Shown one piece after another: positions 43,208 through 57,571 of a DNA stretch of 64,000 bases. Origin of the DNA: Octopus vulgaris (Eukaryota); assembly GCA_951406725.2 (NCBI GenBank), contig OX597835.1, positions 44,330,001 to 44,394,000 of the forward strand. Direction: 5' to 3'. Position numbers and translations under genes: made by a program. How positions within the stretch are numbered: the stretch's first letter is position 1; each line of letters opens with the position of its first letter. Under the pieces are notes generated by a model that saw nothing but the letters and a program-made list of their open reading frames with translations, ran no database searches and was not told where the DNA came from.

Positions 43208-43210
<3 letters not shown>
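43015..43210 (+). mobile_element. Short (TA)n-flanked element with a hammerhead-like variant
   Basis: CTTT-CTGTAGA-A-GGGC-GTAG-GCTC-GAAAC-GTA-AAAG at 43085-43120; bounded by TA repeats on both sides. Confidence 0.5.
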
Positions 43211-43258
<48 letters not shown>

Positions 43259-43697
43259 GTAAATGGTGCGGGTGAGAATTATATGTTTCAAGTGAGGGTG
43301 GATGAGTGTATACTTTTTTTAGGCGTATGTACGTGGGTGTGCGGGCGTGCATGTGTAGGTATGAACATGTGCGCTTACGCGAATACTATGGACTTTATAA
43401 CCCCCTTACTTTTACTCCCTCCCCTCACTTAGTGGTCATCCAAATAGCTGTTTTGTCTTAATAACGTTCAATCACACAGTAATTTACCTTTGGTTAAACG
43501 GTTATTTTCATAGCATTTTTTTCCGATTGCCGGATAACTGAAGAGATGGCGACGTGGATTTCCACCCCGGCATCCGAAACTCGGAGTTTTATCATGGCTA
43601 CCGAATAACTGTCACATATTACATTTACAGATATATATATTTATATATATATGTGTGTGTGTGTATATATATGTATATATATATGTGTATATATATA

Positions 43698-43756
<59 letters not shown>

Positions 43757-43758
<2 letters not shown>

Positions 43759-44165
43759 ATTAAGAAATGGAGTCAAATGCAGATGTTATTCAAACCATTT
43801 ATACTTTCAACATATGTTTCGAAGAATGCATTGACATTATTCCGGAGGGAATCAAATGATGTAAAAAAAAAAGCAAAATCATCCCGTCATAGAAAAAAAA
43901 AACGAAAAACAAAATACATCAATAATCCTTTTTAAGCGAATATGATTACCGTATATATGATGAGAGGGAATACTGGCAAGTTAGTTTTCAAAAAGCCGTA
44001 AATAGATTTAACGTCAAAAACAATTTAGAGAACGGGGAGAAAAAGAAAGAAATTAGCAGAAAAATTAAGAGTGGAGAAATGATCTCAATGATTTCTTCGA
44101 AGCATATGTTGGAAGTGTAAATGGTTTGACTAATACCTGCCTTTGACTCCATTTCTGAATTTATC
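43757..44165. repeat. Inverted repeat (about 80 bp arms) next to (TA)n, with decayed hammerhead stem III
   Basis: agaaatggagtcaaa...caacatatgtttcgaagaa is mirrored by ttcttcgaagcatatgttg...tttgactccatttct; GAAAC-ATAT-GTT as in the 59044 motif. Confidence 0.7.
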
Positions 44166-44298
44166 TATTTTATACAAAAACATTCCACTCAAACCTGGAA
44201 TTTCTGCCTTTATAGGTAGGCTGTAATATATGTGGCACTTACGTGGATTTTTGCTCACCTGATAACTATATTATTTTTTCTGTGTTCTTTGTACACAT

Positions 44299-44345
<47 letters not shown>

Positions 44346-44809
44346 ACAAAGTGAGAGAGATACGGATATTTATATAGATATATGTATACAGACACATAAT
44401 TACATTTATACATACGTCAACATATATCTAGACTCTCACAATTTGGAATGCACGAGGCAGATGTCGGAAAATGGTCGTAATAAGACTTTGTTATGCAATT
44501 TTCTCATTGGATTTAGCCAAAACTCAACCCTGTAGTAATTTGTAACTGTATCTCTAAGTGTCTTGTTGCGTTTAAAGCATGTCATTCTGACAGAATTAGT
44601 CGAATGGAAATATCAGAGAATTTTACTCTAGGCACCATAAGATTGACACTTGTTTGTGTATTGGGTTTCGATAATGTCACGTTGTTAAAGACAGATGTAG
44701 GAGATGGAATTCTTCGATGTTTATATTTCTCCACCATTACCATAAATTCTTCTCTATTCAACATGGTCAAACGAATTAGATGCTTCAGTTTTCCGATGCG
44801 TTTCCTGGG

Positions 44810-45360
44810 ATAGCTTGGCTTGACTTGTACAACTGCTTAATCGAGTCGTTGCTTGTTTGGGGGTTCTTGGCTCGCCTTGTACTCGCTTGTATTGGTTTAA
44901 GTTGGTTTAGTTTAGCTTGACAGTAATTTCCTCACCATGTCACAAGACCAAATACCAAACGAATTAGTTGCAAGTGTTTTTGAGACTTGTTTATTGCGAT
45001 ATGATTTAGTTAAGCTTAGCCTAATTGGTTGCTTGCCATAACTTGGCTAGGCTTAACTAATTGCTTGCCATGTCCCGGCTTAGATTCACTGAGTATTTGC
45101 TGCGGCGTTGCGGCGGTAGGATTGGCCTAATTATTCTTTGCCATGCAGTTCTGTTGTTCCTATGATTGTTTCCTTTGCTTGGTTTTGCGGATTGCTTGCT
45201 TACCTCGTCTTCACATGACTCTATTGCTTGTTGTCTTCTCTCAGTTAGACTAAATTTGAATAATAGCTTGTTTACTTTCTCTTGTCCAGGCTTAATTAAT
45301 TGTTTGCTTGTCTAGACTTGGTTTAATTACTGTTTACTTAACTTGTATTGTCTAAACATT
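44810..45360. repeat. Degenerate tandem low-complexity repeat (ttgcttgccat/cttggcttag-like)
   Basis: Recurrent TTGCTTG/CTTGG motifs. Confidence 0.45.
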
Positions 45361-45630
45361 AAAGCATATTTGCTCAGTTTAATTTACAGTTTTTTTTACC
45401 ATGTCTATGCGTAAAAATAACAACAATATATGAAAATGTACATACAAAAACGTCATTGGTCAGATCTAATCTATGACAAAATATTATTTTCGGTAATATA
45501 TTCCAGAAATCAGTTGCTGGTGTAGTAACCATGATTTGTTTCACTATTATATTTAGTAACGAATACATTTATAGTTTTTCGGCAACATTGTATACGTAAA
45601 TAAATGTAAACACGTTGACTTTATATACAA

Positions 45631-46026
45631 CTAGCAGTATCGCCCGGCGTTGCTCGGGTTTGTAAGGGAAATAACTATATAAGCATTTTTAGAGAGTTAT
45701 AGCCAAAAAATAGCAAAAATGCATTAAAAATGGAAAAAAAAATGATGGTAATTTTTTTTTTAAATCGTTGACTCATCGTAGACATTTTTAGAGAGTTACT
45801 TCCCTTATATAATAGCGAAAAAATGCATTAAAATGGAAAAACATGATGGTAAATTTTTTTTAAATCGTAGACTCATCGTAGACGCGTGCTAATACCCAGA
45901 AGGGCTCGATATGAATCACGATTATAAGATACCCGGTTTTGGTTAAACTGCACCGCAAAATGTGGGAGTAGTTAGGAATCTAAATCGTAGGAGACAGACA
46001 CACAACTTGACTTTTATATATAAAGA
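45631..46026 (-). mobile_element. Non-autonomous Helitron
   Basis: Reverse complement of 57021-57415; 5' TC, subterminal hairpin CCCGAGCAACGCCGGG, 3' CTAG; inserted between A and T with no TSD. Confidence 0.88.
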
Positions 46027-47399
46027 TATTTGAAGGAACAAAGCATGAGGATTAAGTCGATCCAATTTCTAACCGGTGTAGAGATTTCATCGGCGAGTGA
46101 ATACCTGCTCTCGCTATTTACGGTGATTCTACTTACAGGTCATTTGTAATAGGTGTTTAAGTAAATCGGAGACACCGATTTGTATATATATATATATACT
46201 AAGTAATTAAGGGTTTAGCAACGATTTGCCTCACCACACACCGAATTTAGAAATAGCAGTCAAAGAGTTATAGCTATTCTTTCTACTAAAAGGGATATCT
46301 CAGCACTTGAAAGGCAAACACAGACAGGCAAGAGAGAAAGAAATGACGGCAATCTAATATATATATATATATATATAACGCATTCTTGACTACTCATTCG
46401 TTTCACAAATGGCTGGAGCATTAACAAAGCATCTTGTCTTTTCTTTAATGCTGTTCTGAACAACAAACTACATCTCTATATTTTAAACCAAAAACATATG
46501 TAATTGATAAATGTAAACGGCTTGCGTTCGTTTTAAAAATATCATCTGGGACAAAATAAAGGAAGATCACGAGGAGTTCGGATTAGTTTCGAGAGCACTG
46601 TCATCTGGAGAGCATGGACACGAGGACTATGTACCCTCTATAACAGACATCTGAGACACTGCTTATAATCAAAGAGACCAATATGCGCATATAAAACATT
46701 ATCTATAGCTAACTCGATAACCTACTGGTGCTACAACACTGTTTTTTTTTGTTGTAATGTGATACTCTACTTCAAAAAAACATATCTACCTTGTACTACT
46801 TTATTTCTTCCAGTCCCTGGACTGCAGCCGTGCTAGGGCACTGCCATGATAGGTTTATTCTAGCTATTCCGTCGCACTACTTTTCCTTTTGTTGTTTCAG
46901 TTATGATATCGGTCAATGTAGCCGAGATAACAAGTCGCGAAAATTTGTGGAAATAACTTTGAAGAAATATTTGTAGACTGAATCGGCCCCAGTACAAGTT
47001 TGGTACTTATTCTGTAAGTCTCATTTGCCGAACACCTAAGTTACGGGGATGTAAACACAAACTCACTCTCTCTCTCTCTCTCTCTCACTCTCTCTCTCAC
47101 ACACACACATAGATCACTGCGTTTTGAGGTATCTGTCACTGCATAATAAAACTAACTGGAACATGGTCAGTTGTGACGAAGAGGACTTCAGTCTTCCAAT
47201 CAATTAAATCACTTACGTTTTGAATTAGCGAGTAAGCAGGTGAGTATACAAAAAGCACGCAAACAGGTAATGTAATATTCAGGCGGAACAGAGGCTGAGA
47301 GCGTGTGACAAGAAGTATCTTTGAATTACTGAGAGATATTCATTACCTTTCAAAAAATCATGTGTGTAAAGTGAATGTTTTTATATTGTTTTGTTCTGG

Positions 47400-47590
47400 G
47401 GTACGAGGTGAGATAGAGCAAGGCGCATTAGTTTCTATGCTTTTACACGCTCCTCTCCTATCGGCTACTCCCAAACAATCCAAGCGTGCGTCGAAGACTA
47501 TGTCCCGATCACCCACTAGAACTAAAGAGCGAGGCGTCCCAAGGAAAACCTCCAAATGTCTGAAGAAATCTAACTGCCGCGCCCAGTTTA
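47400..47590 (-). pseudogene. Tx1/L1-type apurinic endonuclease fragment
   Basis: GQLDFFRHLEVFLGTPRSLVLVGDRDIVFDARLD, homologous to the 49861 ORF. Confidence 0.65.
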
Positions 47591-47804
47591 TGATACTAGT
47601 GGCACGAGATCAGCCATTTCAGAGGAACAGAGGCCATTAAACATTTTCTTATAGTATTATTATTATTATTTTTTTTTGTTTCAAATTTGCTTCCATTTCT
47701 TGCCGAGTGTCTTCCCGACTCCTAGGGCAAAGAAACTCATAGTATACATTGGTAGGCCATTAAACCAAACTCAGTAGTTCGTTCATTTTTTTTTTTAAAG
47801 TTAA

Positions 47805-47884
<80 letters not shown>

Positions 47885-48039
47885 TACTACTACTACTATT
47901 CTAGCTTTAGTTAGTAAACCGTGACAATACATTTGCATCGTCTTGAATGATGTTAGTAAATTTTATTACATCGACCTTAGTCCTTAGTCTGGTTCTCCTA
48001 TTATTAAGAAATTTTAGCGAACGGCTATTTAAATATATT

Positions 48040-48340
48040 GATCTAAGGACTTAATCACGTTAAAATATAAGAATTTAATTATCTTGATATATAAGAAGTT
48101 AATTACGTTGATATTAAAGTATTTAATTAACGTTAATATACTTACGTTGATATTTAAAGATTTAATTACGTTAAAAATTAAGGATGTAATTAGATTAGTA
48201 TATAATTACGTTGATATAAAAAGACTTAATTACGTTTATTTTGAAGAACATAATTACGTTAATAGTTAAGGACATAATTACGGTAATGTTAAGAATTTAA
48301 TTATATTAATAATTAATGAATTTATTACGTTAATATCGAA
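48040..48340. repeat. About 23 bp minisatellite (TTAATTACGTTGATATTAAAGA-like), about 12 copies
   Basis: TAATTACGTT recurs at regular spacing. Confidence 0.8.
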
Positions 48341-49408
48341 AGAATTACCCCACCACAATATATCGCCATCGATTGGCATAGCTGGGCACACAAACACACA
48401 TACACCTCCACACAGACACAGACACAGACACACACAGACACACACGCACACACACACACATACACAATAACACATTTTTGCACACAAATAATGCTAACCA
48501 AATGTAGCTTACGAAATACTTTCTGAGTTTGAGGTTATAGGAATGTCTTAAATATATGTCTTAACGGCGGTGCATCAGCATGGCCGCAGCTCTGAGCTGA
48601 AACAAAAAAAAAATATATATATATATACACACACATACATACGTATACATATTTACACACACACACACACACACATTAACACCTTCTCACACACACACAC
48701 TAACACCTTCTCACACACACACATAAAAGATAGAGATCCTTCTCGTGTCTTACAAAATCAAATGGTCGGTCACTTAGTTACCTTTGGCGCATGTAGACCC
48801 TACCGAACTGGTCACTGATTCGTCGTTTCCTCGCAAAATCATTCGTATTTGTTACCTGAATGGACGGTGTGTTATTATTGTGAATAACAACGAAATCATC
48901 AGCAAAAATAATGCATTTTGCGGAAACGGCTGCGAAGGACACAGAGCTATATAGAGTGGATACCCCAGTAGATTATGTGGTTGGCCCAAGCAATCAACTT
49001 GACAAGGCTGCAAAACACGCCTACACTAGCCAGAAACACACTTATAGCAACCAAACCCACCCCCCAGGGACATAACCCCCAACACACCTGTCAGTATCAC
49101 AACTAGTTCTACAAACACTATAAAAACTGCAACAACTCGGAAAACGAATACAACCCACAACAGCAACATCCAGATGCACAAACACAAAACTTCGTGCTAG
49201 TGAGGAGAGGAGCCAACAAAGGAATAACGGTTCTCATAGGACGAAGGAACGACATCGTGAGAGAAAGGGTTAGATTTTCGGCACCAGCAGCGTTCAAGTG
49301 ACAGAAATACTAATGATGGATCGAAAGCATCTGGAAACGTATGAAAATATCAGGGAGAGCTTCAACCACGACGTTGCCACCGCCAATGTTAAAGCCACGA
49401 GTAGCCTT

Positions 49409-49637
49409 TTGACCCTTTGGTATTCATATTACTCTGTCAAATGCAATACCTATTTATTCACATTTTATAAAATTAATTCTGTATTATCTTGTAGCTTTGA
49501 TATTTTGAAGATATGATTGTTTTTTTTTTAGAATGACATTGCTGCGCAGGTGTGAGAGGCCTGAATTGGTCAGTTTTAGCATAAAACAGATAGAACATTT
49601 GGGCCAGATATGGCCGGTTTAAATGCTAAAGGATTAA
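49409..49637. mobile_element. Probable piggyBac-type MITE
   Basis: Decayed TTAA-CCC termini: TTGACCCTTTGGTATT ... AATGCTAAAGGATTAA. Confidence 0.45.
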
Positions 49638-49699
49638 AGGGGTTTGCTAACAATTTACGGAGGCACTCGATGGGTGAGTAGACGCCCTTTGTTTCTTCT

Positions 49700-50200
49700 C
49701 CAAACGCTTTGCAGTCATCGTGGTAGGTTTAAGTGTGGGTTGTATAAATGTTCACAGCATGGAGTGGCTCGGGAAGCAAGGTCAGCTGCTCACAGACCTC
49801 CAGTCACTAGCTTAGAATTAATGGCTCTTCACAAAATCTGAATTTCCGAAACACAGTATCTTGCCCCTATTTTCCACGATTTTGAGATATACGCATCTCT
49901 TGGCCTTGGAATGGGAGACGGCATGGATGGCAGTGCTGTTTAGGACAGATCTGGATCTTCAAGTACGACTGTTCTTGCTGGACCCGGAGGGTACGTTGGT
50001 GGTCCTAAATGTGAGCAGTAGCGAAGGTGGTACTTTTAGACTAGTCGCCGTGTACGCCCCAACTGGGGCGAGGCAGCCAAATTTCTTCAGACACTTGGAG
50101 GATTTCCTTGAGACGTCTCCCTCTTTAGTACTGGCGGGTGATTGGAATGCCATCTTGGATACACTCTTGGATAATTTGAGACTAGGTGTGAGGAAAGAGG
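49700..50200 (+). pseudogene. Tx1/L1-clade LINE endonuclease domain remnant
   Basis: LDPEGTLVVLNV...FRLVAVYAPTG...FFRHLEDFL...LVLAGDWNAILD (VYAP and GDxN motifs of the APE domain). Confidence 0.8.
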
Positions 50201-50451
50201 GTGAAAAGCTTCATAACCTTGCTGGGGTGTTTTGTCTACACACACACAAGCATATTAGGTACAAACAGCCCTACACGGAGTCTTCTTAGTGCCTTATTAT
50301 TTAAGTTTTAACGAAAATTTTAGAAAAAATAAATAAATGAATGGAAATCGAACCGGTGAGTGTGTTAAATAATAAGGCACTAAAAGAGAATGACTCTCCA
50401 GATGCAACAGAATATATAAAGGAATCTTGTAAGCCAAAAGCAAAAAACGAA

Positions 50452-50577
<126 letters not shown>

Positions 50578-51289
50578 GTGTGTGTTTGTACATATCACCG
50601 CTTGATAACCTGTATTGGTTTGTTTATGTTTCCGTTACAACGTTGTATGCAAAACACACCGATGGAGTTAGGTAGAAGATATACAAAGTACTGAGATTGA
50701 TATATCTGAATAAAAACCATCCAAGGTTTTGCCCCAGCATGGCCGCAGTTTAACTACTGAAACAAGTGAAAGACAAAAGGCAAAAGACAAAAGCTATAAC
50801 TACATCATCGAATAAAGCTTTCATTCTAAGGACCGTACGATGCAATCACGGGCGTGATGTGGTTACTACTTCTAGCAGGTTGCTCAAACCACATGGAGGC
50901 ATCGATCGTTGATGTGTCGATGACATAAAACTTGAATGTCTAGTAATAAATGCATAATAAAAAATGAATTACACGAAGAACCACACAACATTGAATATTA
51001 ATTCTATATAAATAATCAGTATGGCTTAATAGATCATGCGTAGTCTGATTACACAAATACGAAATATATCCAGACAAGCTTAAAATGGCGTCGTGATAAA
51101 TCATAATTAATTAATGATTTATTTATGTTATAAATAATGAAACTCATTACTTTATTGTTAGCTTTCATTGTTCTTCATGATATTGAAGCTGCACTTGGTT
51201 CTGTGAGTGGCTCATATCGGGTTGATTCCGCTTGGGTTTAGTGTGGCTTTTAGTTGCAGTTGTGTGGGTTGCTGACCGTTCTTCTATTT

Positions 51290-51668
51290 TTTTATTATTT
51301 AACTGGAACCATGCTGGAGCATCGCCTTTCAGTCGAAGAAATCGACCCCTGGAGTTATTCTTTGTAACCTTGGTACTTATTTCATCGGTCTCTAACGCCG
51401 AACCACTAAGCTATGGGGAAGGAAACACACCAACATCGGTTGTTAAGAGATGGCGCGCGGGGTGGGGGCAACATAGACAAAGACACACACACATATATAT
51501 ATAGATATATACGACGGGCTTCTTTCAGTTTCCGTCTACCAAATCCACTCACAAGGCTTTGATCGGCCCGAGGCTATAGTAGAAGACACTTGCCCAAGGT
51601 GCCAGGCAGTGGGACTGAACCCGGAACCATGTGGTTGGTAAACAAGCTACTTACCACACAGCCCCTGT
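51290..51668 (-). mobile_element. SINE family A
   Basis: cgacgggcttctttcagtttccgtctaccaaatccactcacaagg...cccggaaccatgtggttggtaaacaagctacttaccacacagcc. Confidence 0.85.
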
Positions 51669-51777
51669 ACTTATAAAAAATTTTCGTTAGTTCAACGTCT
51701 ATGAGTGATCTCCATTTGTAGTTCTTCAGATTTTTCATAAGGAAGATTGATGCCTGTTAAATGCCTGAATAATGCCA

Positions 51778-52125
51778 GTGAAGGCGCGTGGCTCAGTGGT
51801 TAGAGCGTCGAGCTTACGATCGTGAGGTTGTGAGCTCGAATCCCGGACCGGGCTGCGTGTTGTGTTCTTGAGCAAGACACTTTATTTCACTTTGCTCCAG
51901 TTCACTCAGCTGTAGAAAGCAGTTGCGACGTCACAGGTACCAAGCTGTATCGGCCCTTGCCTTTCCCTTGGACAACATCGGTGACGTGGAGAGGGGAGGC
52001 CGGTATGCATGGGCGACTGCTGGTCTTCCATAATAAAAAAAACAACCTTGCCCAGACTTGTGCCTCAGAAGGTAACTCTCTAGGTGCAAACACATGGTCA
52101 GTGTCTGACCGAAGGGGGTCACCAT
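51778..52125 (+). mobile_element. tRNA-derived SINE family D, full length
   Basis: GGCGCGTGGCTCAGTGGTTAGAGCG (A box), GAGCTCGAATCC (B box), CORE-like ttcttgagcaagacacttt; the tail recurs inverted at about 41757-41812. Confidence 0.85.
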
Positions 52126-52802
52126 CACCAATGTCAGTTAATCAAAGTTTCTCAATTCGCTATATCACATTTGGGTGACACTTCCGTATTTGTAGCCCTT
52201 TATTAGTTTTTCAGAGATTTACGCCTAGTTCTGTTCTTATATATTTCATGCACTGTTGTTAAGAAAGGAGGGGCCAAATTTGTTACTACGTGTTGTTAAG
52301 CCATGATCTTTTCGTTCGAACCAGCTTTCTGTATCTCATACTCTATTATACACTATAGTTAGCGAATTACGACTAATTTTAGAATGAAATACTGGTGCTC
52401 TCAAAGCAAACTGTGCTGGGTTCAAAACTTGTGTGGGTGATGAAAAGACTCCAAAAAAAAAAAATGACTGAACAAAAGAGGTGGGGTCGGAGATTGGATC
52501 GTTGCAGTTCTGTTCTTAGAGTTAGCGTTCTCTCGTTTAACGTATTACAAAAGTTTGCCGTTACTTTTACCTGATCGCTGTTGTAGTTTTTCTCTTTTTT
52601 TTTTCCCGTTTTTTGGTTCCATACTTTCTTGTTTATCCTCGTTGACACTGCTGGAACTGTTGTGTTGCCTGTAGTTACTGTTTGTTGCCGCCGTTGCAAC
52701 AATGGCTGCTCTGCAACAATAGTTTCTTATTTTCTTTGCGCTTTCTGGCTCTTTCAACTCTTCATGTAATTGTTGTTAGAAATACAATTTCAATGGTGCT
52801 AC

Positions 52803-52897
<95 letters not shown>

Positions 52898-53147
52898 CAT
52901 ACATATCTATATATATATGTACATATATACATACATACATATATATATACATATATATATACATGTATATATATATGCATATATATGTATATATATATAT
53001 ATATATACTTACATATATATATATATATACATATATGTAAATGTATATATATATACAAATATATTTATAAATATATATTTCTATACACATATATATATAT
53101 ATCTATACATATATATGTATATATATACACACACATATTTGCAATGC

Positions 53148-53182
<35 letters not shown>

Positions 53183-53201
53183 AATATGTATAATACATAT
53201 A

Positions 53202-53254
<53 letters not shown>

Positions 53255-53664
53255 CATATATTTTGTCATTGCATATGCGGTGAATGTTCCTGTTGCACCA
53301 CCACCACCACCACCACCACTACCACCTTTGTTGTTGTTTCGCTGCAGCTGATTTGCTTTTGTTTTCCCCTCCAACGTCGACGTCGTCGCTCCTCGCTTTT
53401 CTTCTTAAGTAACATTTCGTTTTTTTGCTACTTTCGTTTTCCGCCCTTACTCAGTTTGTCTTGCAGTTGGTAGTCAGTCACTTGGTAGTTTGGTACGCAT
53501 GTACGTTGGTATGTTGGTGCGTTTGGTGTCAGTGAGACTCATCATGCTGCTATCGCTGCCGCTGCCGTTGCTGCTACCGTCTTTATAAATTTCTTTGTTA
53601 TCGTTTTTGATTGTTTCCCCAACTATTGTTTATAGCTTTAGGTATACAGCTTTAACAGTTCTCC

Positions 53665-54470
<806 letters not shown>

Positions 54471-54959
54471 TATCGGTTATTGTTTAAAATGAAATGTTTG
54501 TTTAATTGGGAACAGAGTTTGATAAAGTTAATATGGATTCCGTTGTATGTTTGTGATTTTATCTTGTAATTCGTTATACAATATTGTTTTTACCATATTT
54601 TAGCACGGCTCTGTTTGTCTGCTTCTTTCTTAAATCTATTTACGCATTTATACTTTGTATGTATGTACGTATGTATGTATATATGTAATTATGGATGTGC
54701 ATGTGTAGTTTTGTATATAAGTATATGAATACGTAAATATATATGTGTATATCTGTATGTATATATGCATGTATGCATGTTTGTATATACCTACGTTCGT
54801 ACGTATATATGTATATGTATGTAAATATATACGCATGTATTTATGCATGTATGCATGTATGTATAAATATACGTAAGTATTCAATTGCGTTCTAGGGTTG
54901 TATATAAGTATGTATGAATGTATGTATGTATGTATGTATCTATGTATTTACATATATAA

Positions 54960-55315
54960 GGTCCAACGAAAGCCTTGTGACTGGAATTGGTTGACGGAAA
55001 ATGAAAGAATCCCTTCGTATATATACGACGGGATTCTTTCAGTTTCCATCTCTATATATATATATACGTGTGCTTGTGTATGTGTGTATGTGTGTGTGCG
55101 CAGTCGTGTGTCTTTGAGTTTATGTTTGTCCTTCATCTCATCTCGGCAACCGGTGTTGGTGTATTTACGTCTCCGTAACTTAGCGATTCGGCAAATGATA
55201 AAGATATCCCAAGTACCAGGCTATTCGTTCGACTAAAACTTATTCATAGCAGTGCTCCAGTATGGTCGCAATCTAATGACTGGAAGCCATAAAAGGAAAA
55301 ACAAAGGTAAAAGAT
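54960..55315 (+). mobile_element. Diverged SINE family A with internal inverted duplication
   Basis: Family A body; 54993-55050 is a palindrome centred on TATATA. Confidence 0.65.
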
Positions 55316-55669
55316 AACTGAGGTCTATCTGCATGCGTAAATATAGAGGTGATTAATTACAAACTCATTATAGTGTTTGTAGTAATGCATGCCTGTGTAA
55401 GATATTTATATACACCCACACATCAAATTACATCTATTAGCACTGCGTGCATAGTATGAACATACACAAGTGATTGTATTTGTCTGTTAATGAAGGAGGT
55501 CGGAAGCAGGCGTATGAGTTTGGTGAGTGTTGGGCTCTGTGTCGGTTTAGTTCTCAGCTCTATCTCAATAGCACTACACCTGTTTCGCAATTCCTTTCCT
55601 CTGTTTTCGGATCTATTTCTCTATAAGCCTAAAATGTCTATCTGTTTCTCTCTCACAATACATACATAC

Positions 55670-55799
<130 letters not shown>

Positions 55800-55953
55800 T
55801 ATATGTATATATAGAAATACAATAAGAGGCTTCCAAATAGTAAAGCCTTGTGCTAGAAAGAACAGTAGAAAACTCAAACCACCAAATAAGGATAAATTCT
55901 CGAAAGGAATGAAAATTAAAAACGTTTATCATTTCAATCTTATTACCCTATTG

Positions 55954-55996
<43 letters not shown>

Positions 55997-56067
55997 AATG
56001 AGGTTCGTATAAGTAAGTATATCGTTTGTTCTGCATATATATATCTGTATTTATGTACTCTTGATAT

Positions 56068-56126
56068 ATTCAACCGATGACGGTAAAGCTTATTTAAAGC
56101 AAAACCAGAAATCCTGGATCTTGAAT
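56068..56126 (+). ncRNA. Type I hammerhead-like motif with CCGATGA core
   Basis: ATTCAA-CCGATGA-CGGT...ACCA-GAAAT-CCTGG-ATC-TTGAAT; 6-bp stem I and palindromic stem III; inside a (TA)n-bounded module of about 280 bp. Confidence 0.6.
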
Positions 56127-56260
56127 TATTCAATAACTTTTGCTTGTCTATTTTGTCCCTCTGTCTTATCTCATGGTACGATATGAACATTTAACGTGGT
56201 TTTTATAGTCAGAGTTTCGACTGCTATTTCGGCATGGTGGTGTCTCTCACACACCCTCAT

Positions 56261-56321
<61 letters not shown>

Positions 56322-56520
56322 TCTCTTTTACTTTTTTACTTGTTTCAGTCATTTGACAGTGGCCATGCTGGAGCACCGCTTCTAGTCGAGCAAATCGAGC
56401 CCAGGACTTATTCTTTGTAAGCCTAGTATTTATTCTATCGCTCTCTTGTTCCGAACCGCTAACTTACGGGGACGTAAACACACCAACATGGGGAACAAAC
56501 ACAAACACAGAAATACACAC
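56322..56520 (-). mobile_element. SINE family A 3' half
   Basis: tttacttgtttcagtcatttgac...gaaccgctaacttacggggacgtaaacacacc. Confidence 0.8.
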
Positions 56521-56974
56521 ATAGATATGAGACAGAATTTACTATATGCACCGCCTGCACACATCTCTGCCTGTAAATATTCAATGAAGCTCTAAATGAC
56601 GCCGTAAACTTACCGGCTGCTATTTCTAGCAATGATCGTACTTCGTGTACTCCTCCTTATAAAATTAAGATTCTATCTATATGGTACTTTATTCTTACTG
56701 GACGTTAATATTATTTTAATAATATTTATATTTGCATGTGTGGGGCTGGCCAGATTGGAGCAGACTCGAGCATAACCAGCCGAAACTGCAAAGATAATCT
56801 AGAACTCGACTGACGAAAGAAAATTCCGAATGACACATGCACACACAAACACGCAAATTTTTATATTTTTGCGTCTGTGTTTTACATCTATTTAGACTTG
56901 TAGATGTATATGGTATATATGTATATACTTACATAGGTATATATGTATGTATCTATCTGTCTGTTAACCTGTCT

Positions 56975-57020
<46 letters not shown>

Positions 57021-57023
<3 letters not shown>

Positions 57024-57415
57024 TTATATATAAAAGAGAAGTTGTGTGTCTGTCTCCTACGATTTAGATTCCTAACTACTCCCATATTTTGCGGTGCAGT
57101 TTAACCAAAACCAGGTATCTTATAGTCGTGATTCATATCGAGCCCTTCTGGGTATTAGCGCGCGTCTACGATGAGTCTACGATTTAAAAAAATATTTACC
57201 ATCATTTTTTCTATTTTAATGCATTTTTTCGCTATTATATAGGGGAAATAACTCTCTAAAAATGTCTACGATGAGTCAACGATTTAAAAAAAAATTACCA
57301 TCATTTTTTTCCCATTTTTAATGCATTTTTTGCTATTTTTTGGCTATAACTTTCTAAAAATGCTTATATAGTTATTTACCTTACAAACCCGAGCAACGCC
57401 GGGCGATACTGCTAG
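57021..57415 (+). mobile_element. Non-autonomous Helitron inserted in (TA)n
   Basis: A|TCTTTATATATAAAAG ... CCCGAGCAACGCCGGG-CGATACTG-CTAG|T. Confidence 0.9.
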
Positions 57416-57571
57416 TATATATATATAATATAAATGAGTAACCAAGATGTATAGATGGCAGGTATACAACTGACACTTACACATCTTTGGGAAGTATTTG
57501 GAAAGTAACTTCCTATAAAGTACATGTCTGAGCAAAAAAGAGCGGATTTATTCAGTAAGATAGGAGAAGGA

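Noticed and set aside
47236-47246. Strong splice donor CAG|GTGAGT (also G|GTGAGT at about 55522)
   Set aside because: Isolated 6-9-mers are expected by chance in 64 kb; no supported exon frame.
51781-51855. tRNA-like sequence (also at 34056 and 16815-16889)
   Set aside because: SINE heads continuing into SINE bodies; no proper acceptor stem or terminator.
56785-56835. GAAAC...CTGACGA, possible type II hammerhead permutation
   Set aside because: Could not form convincing stems I-III.
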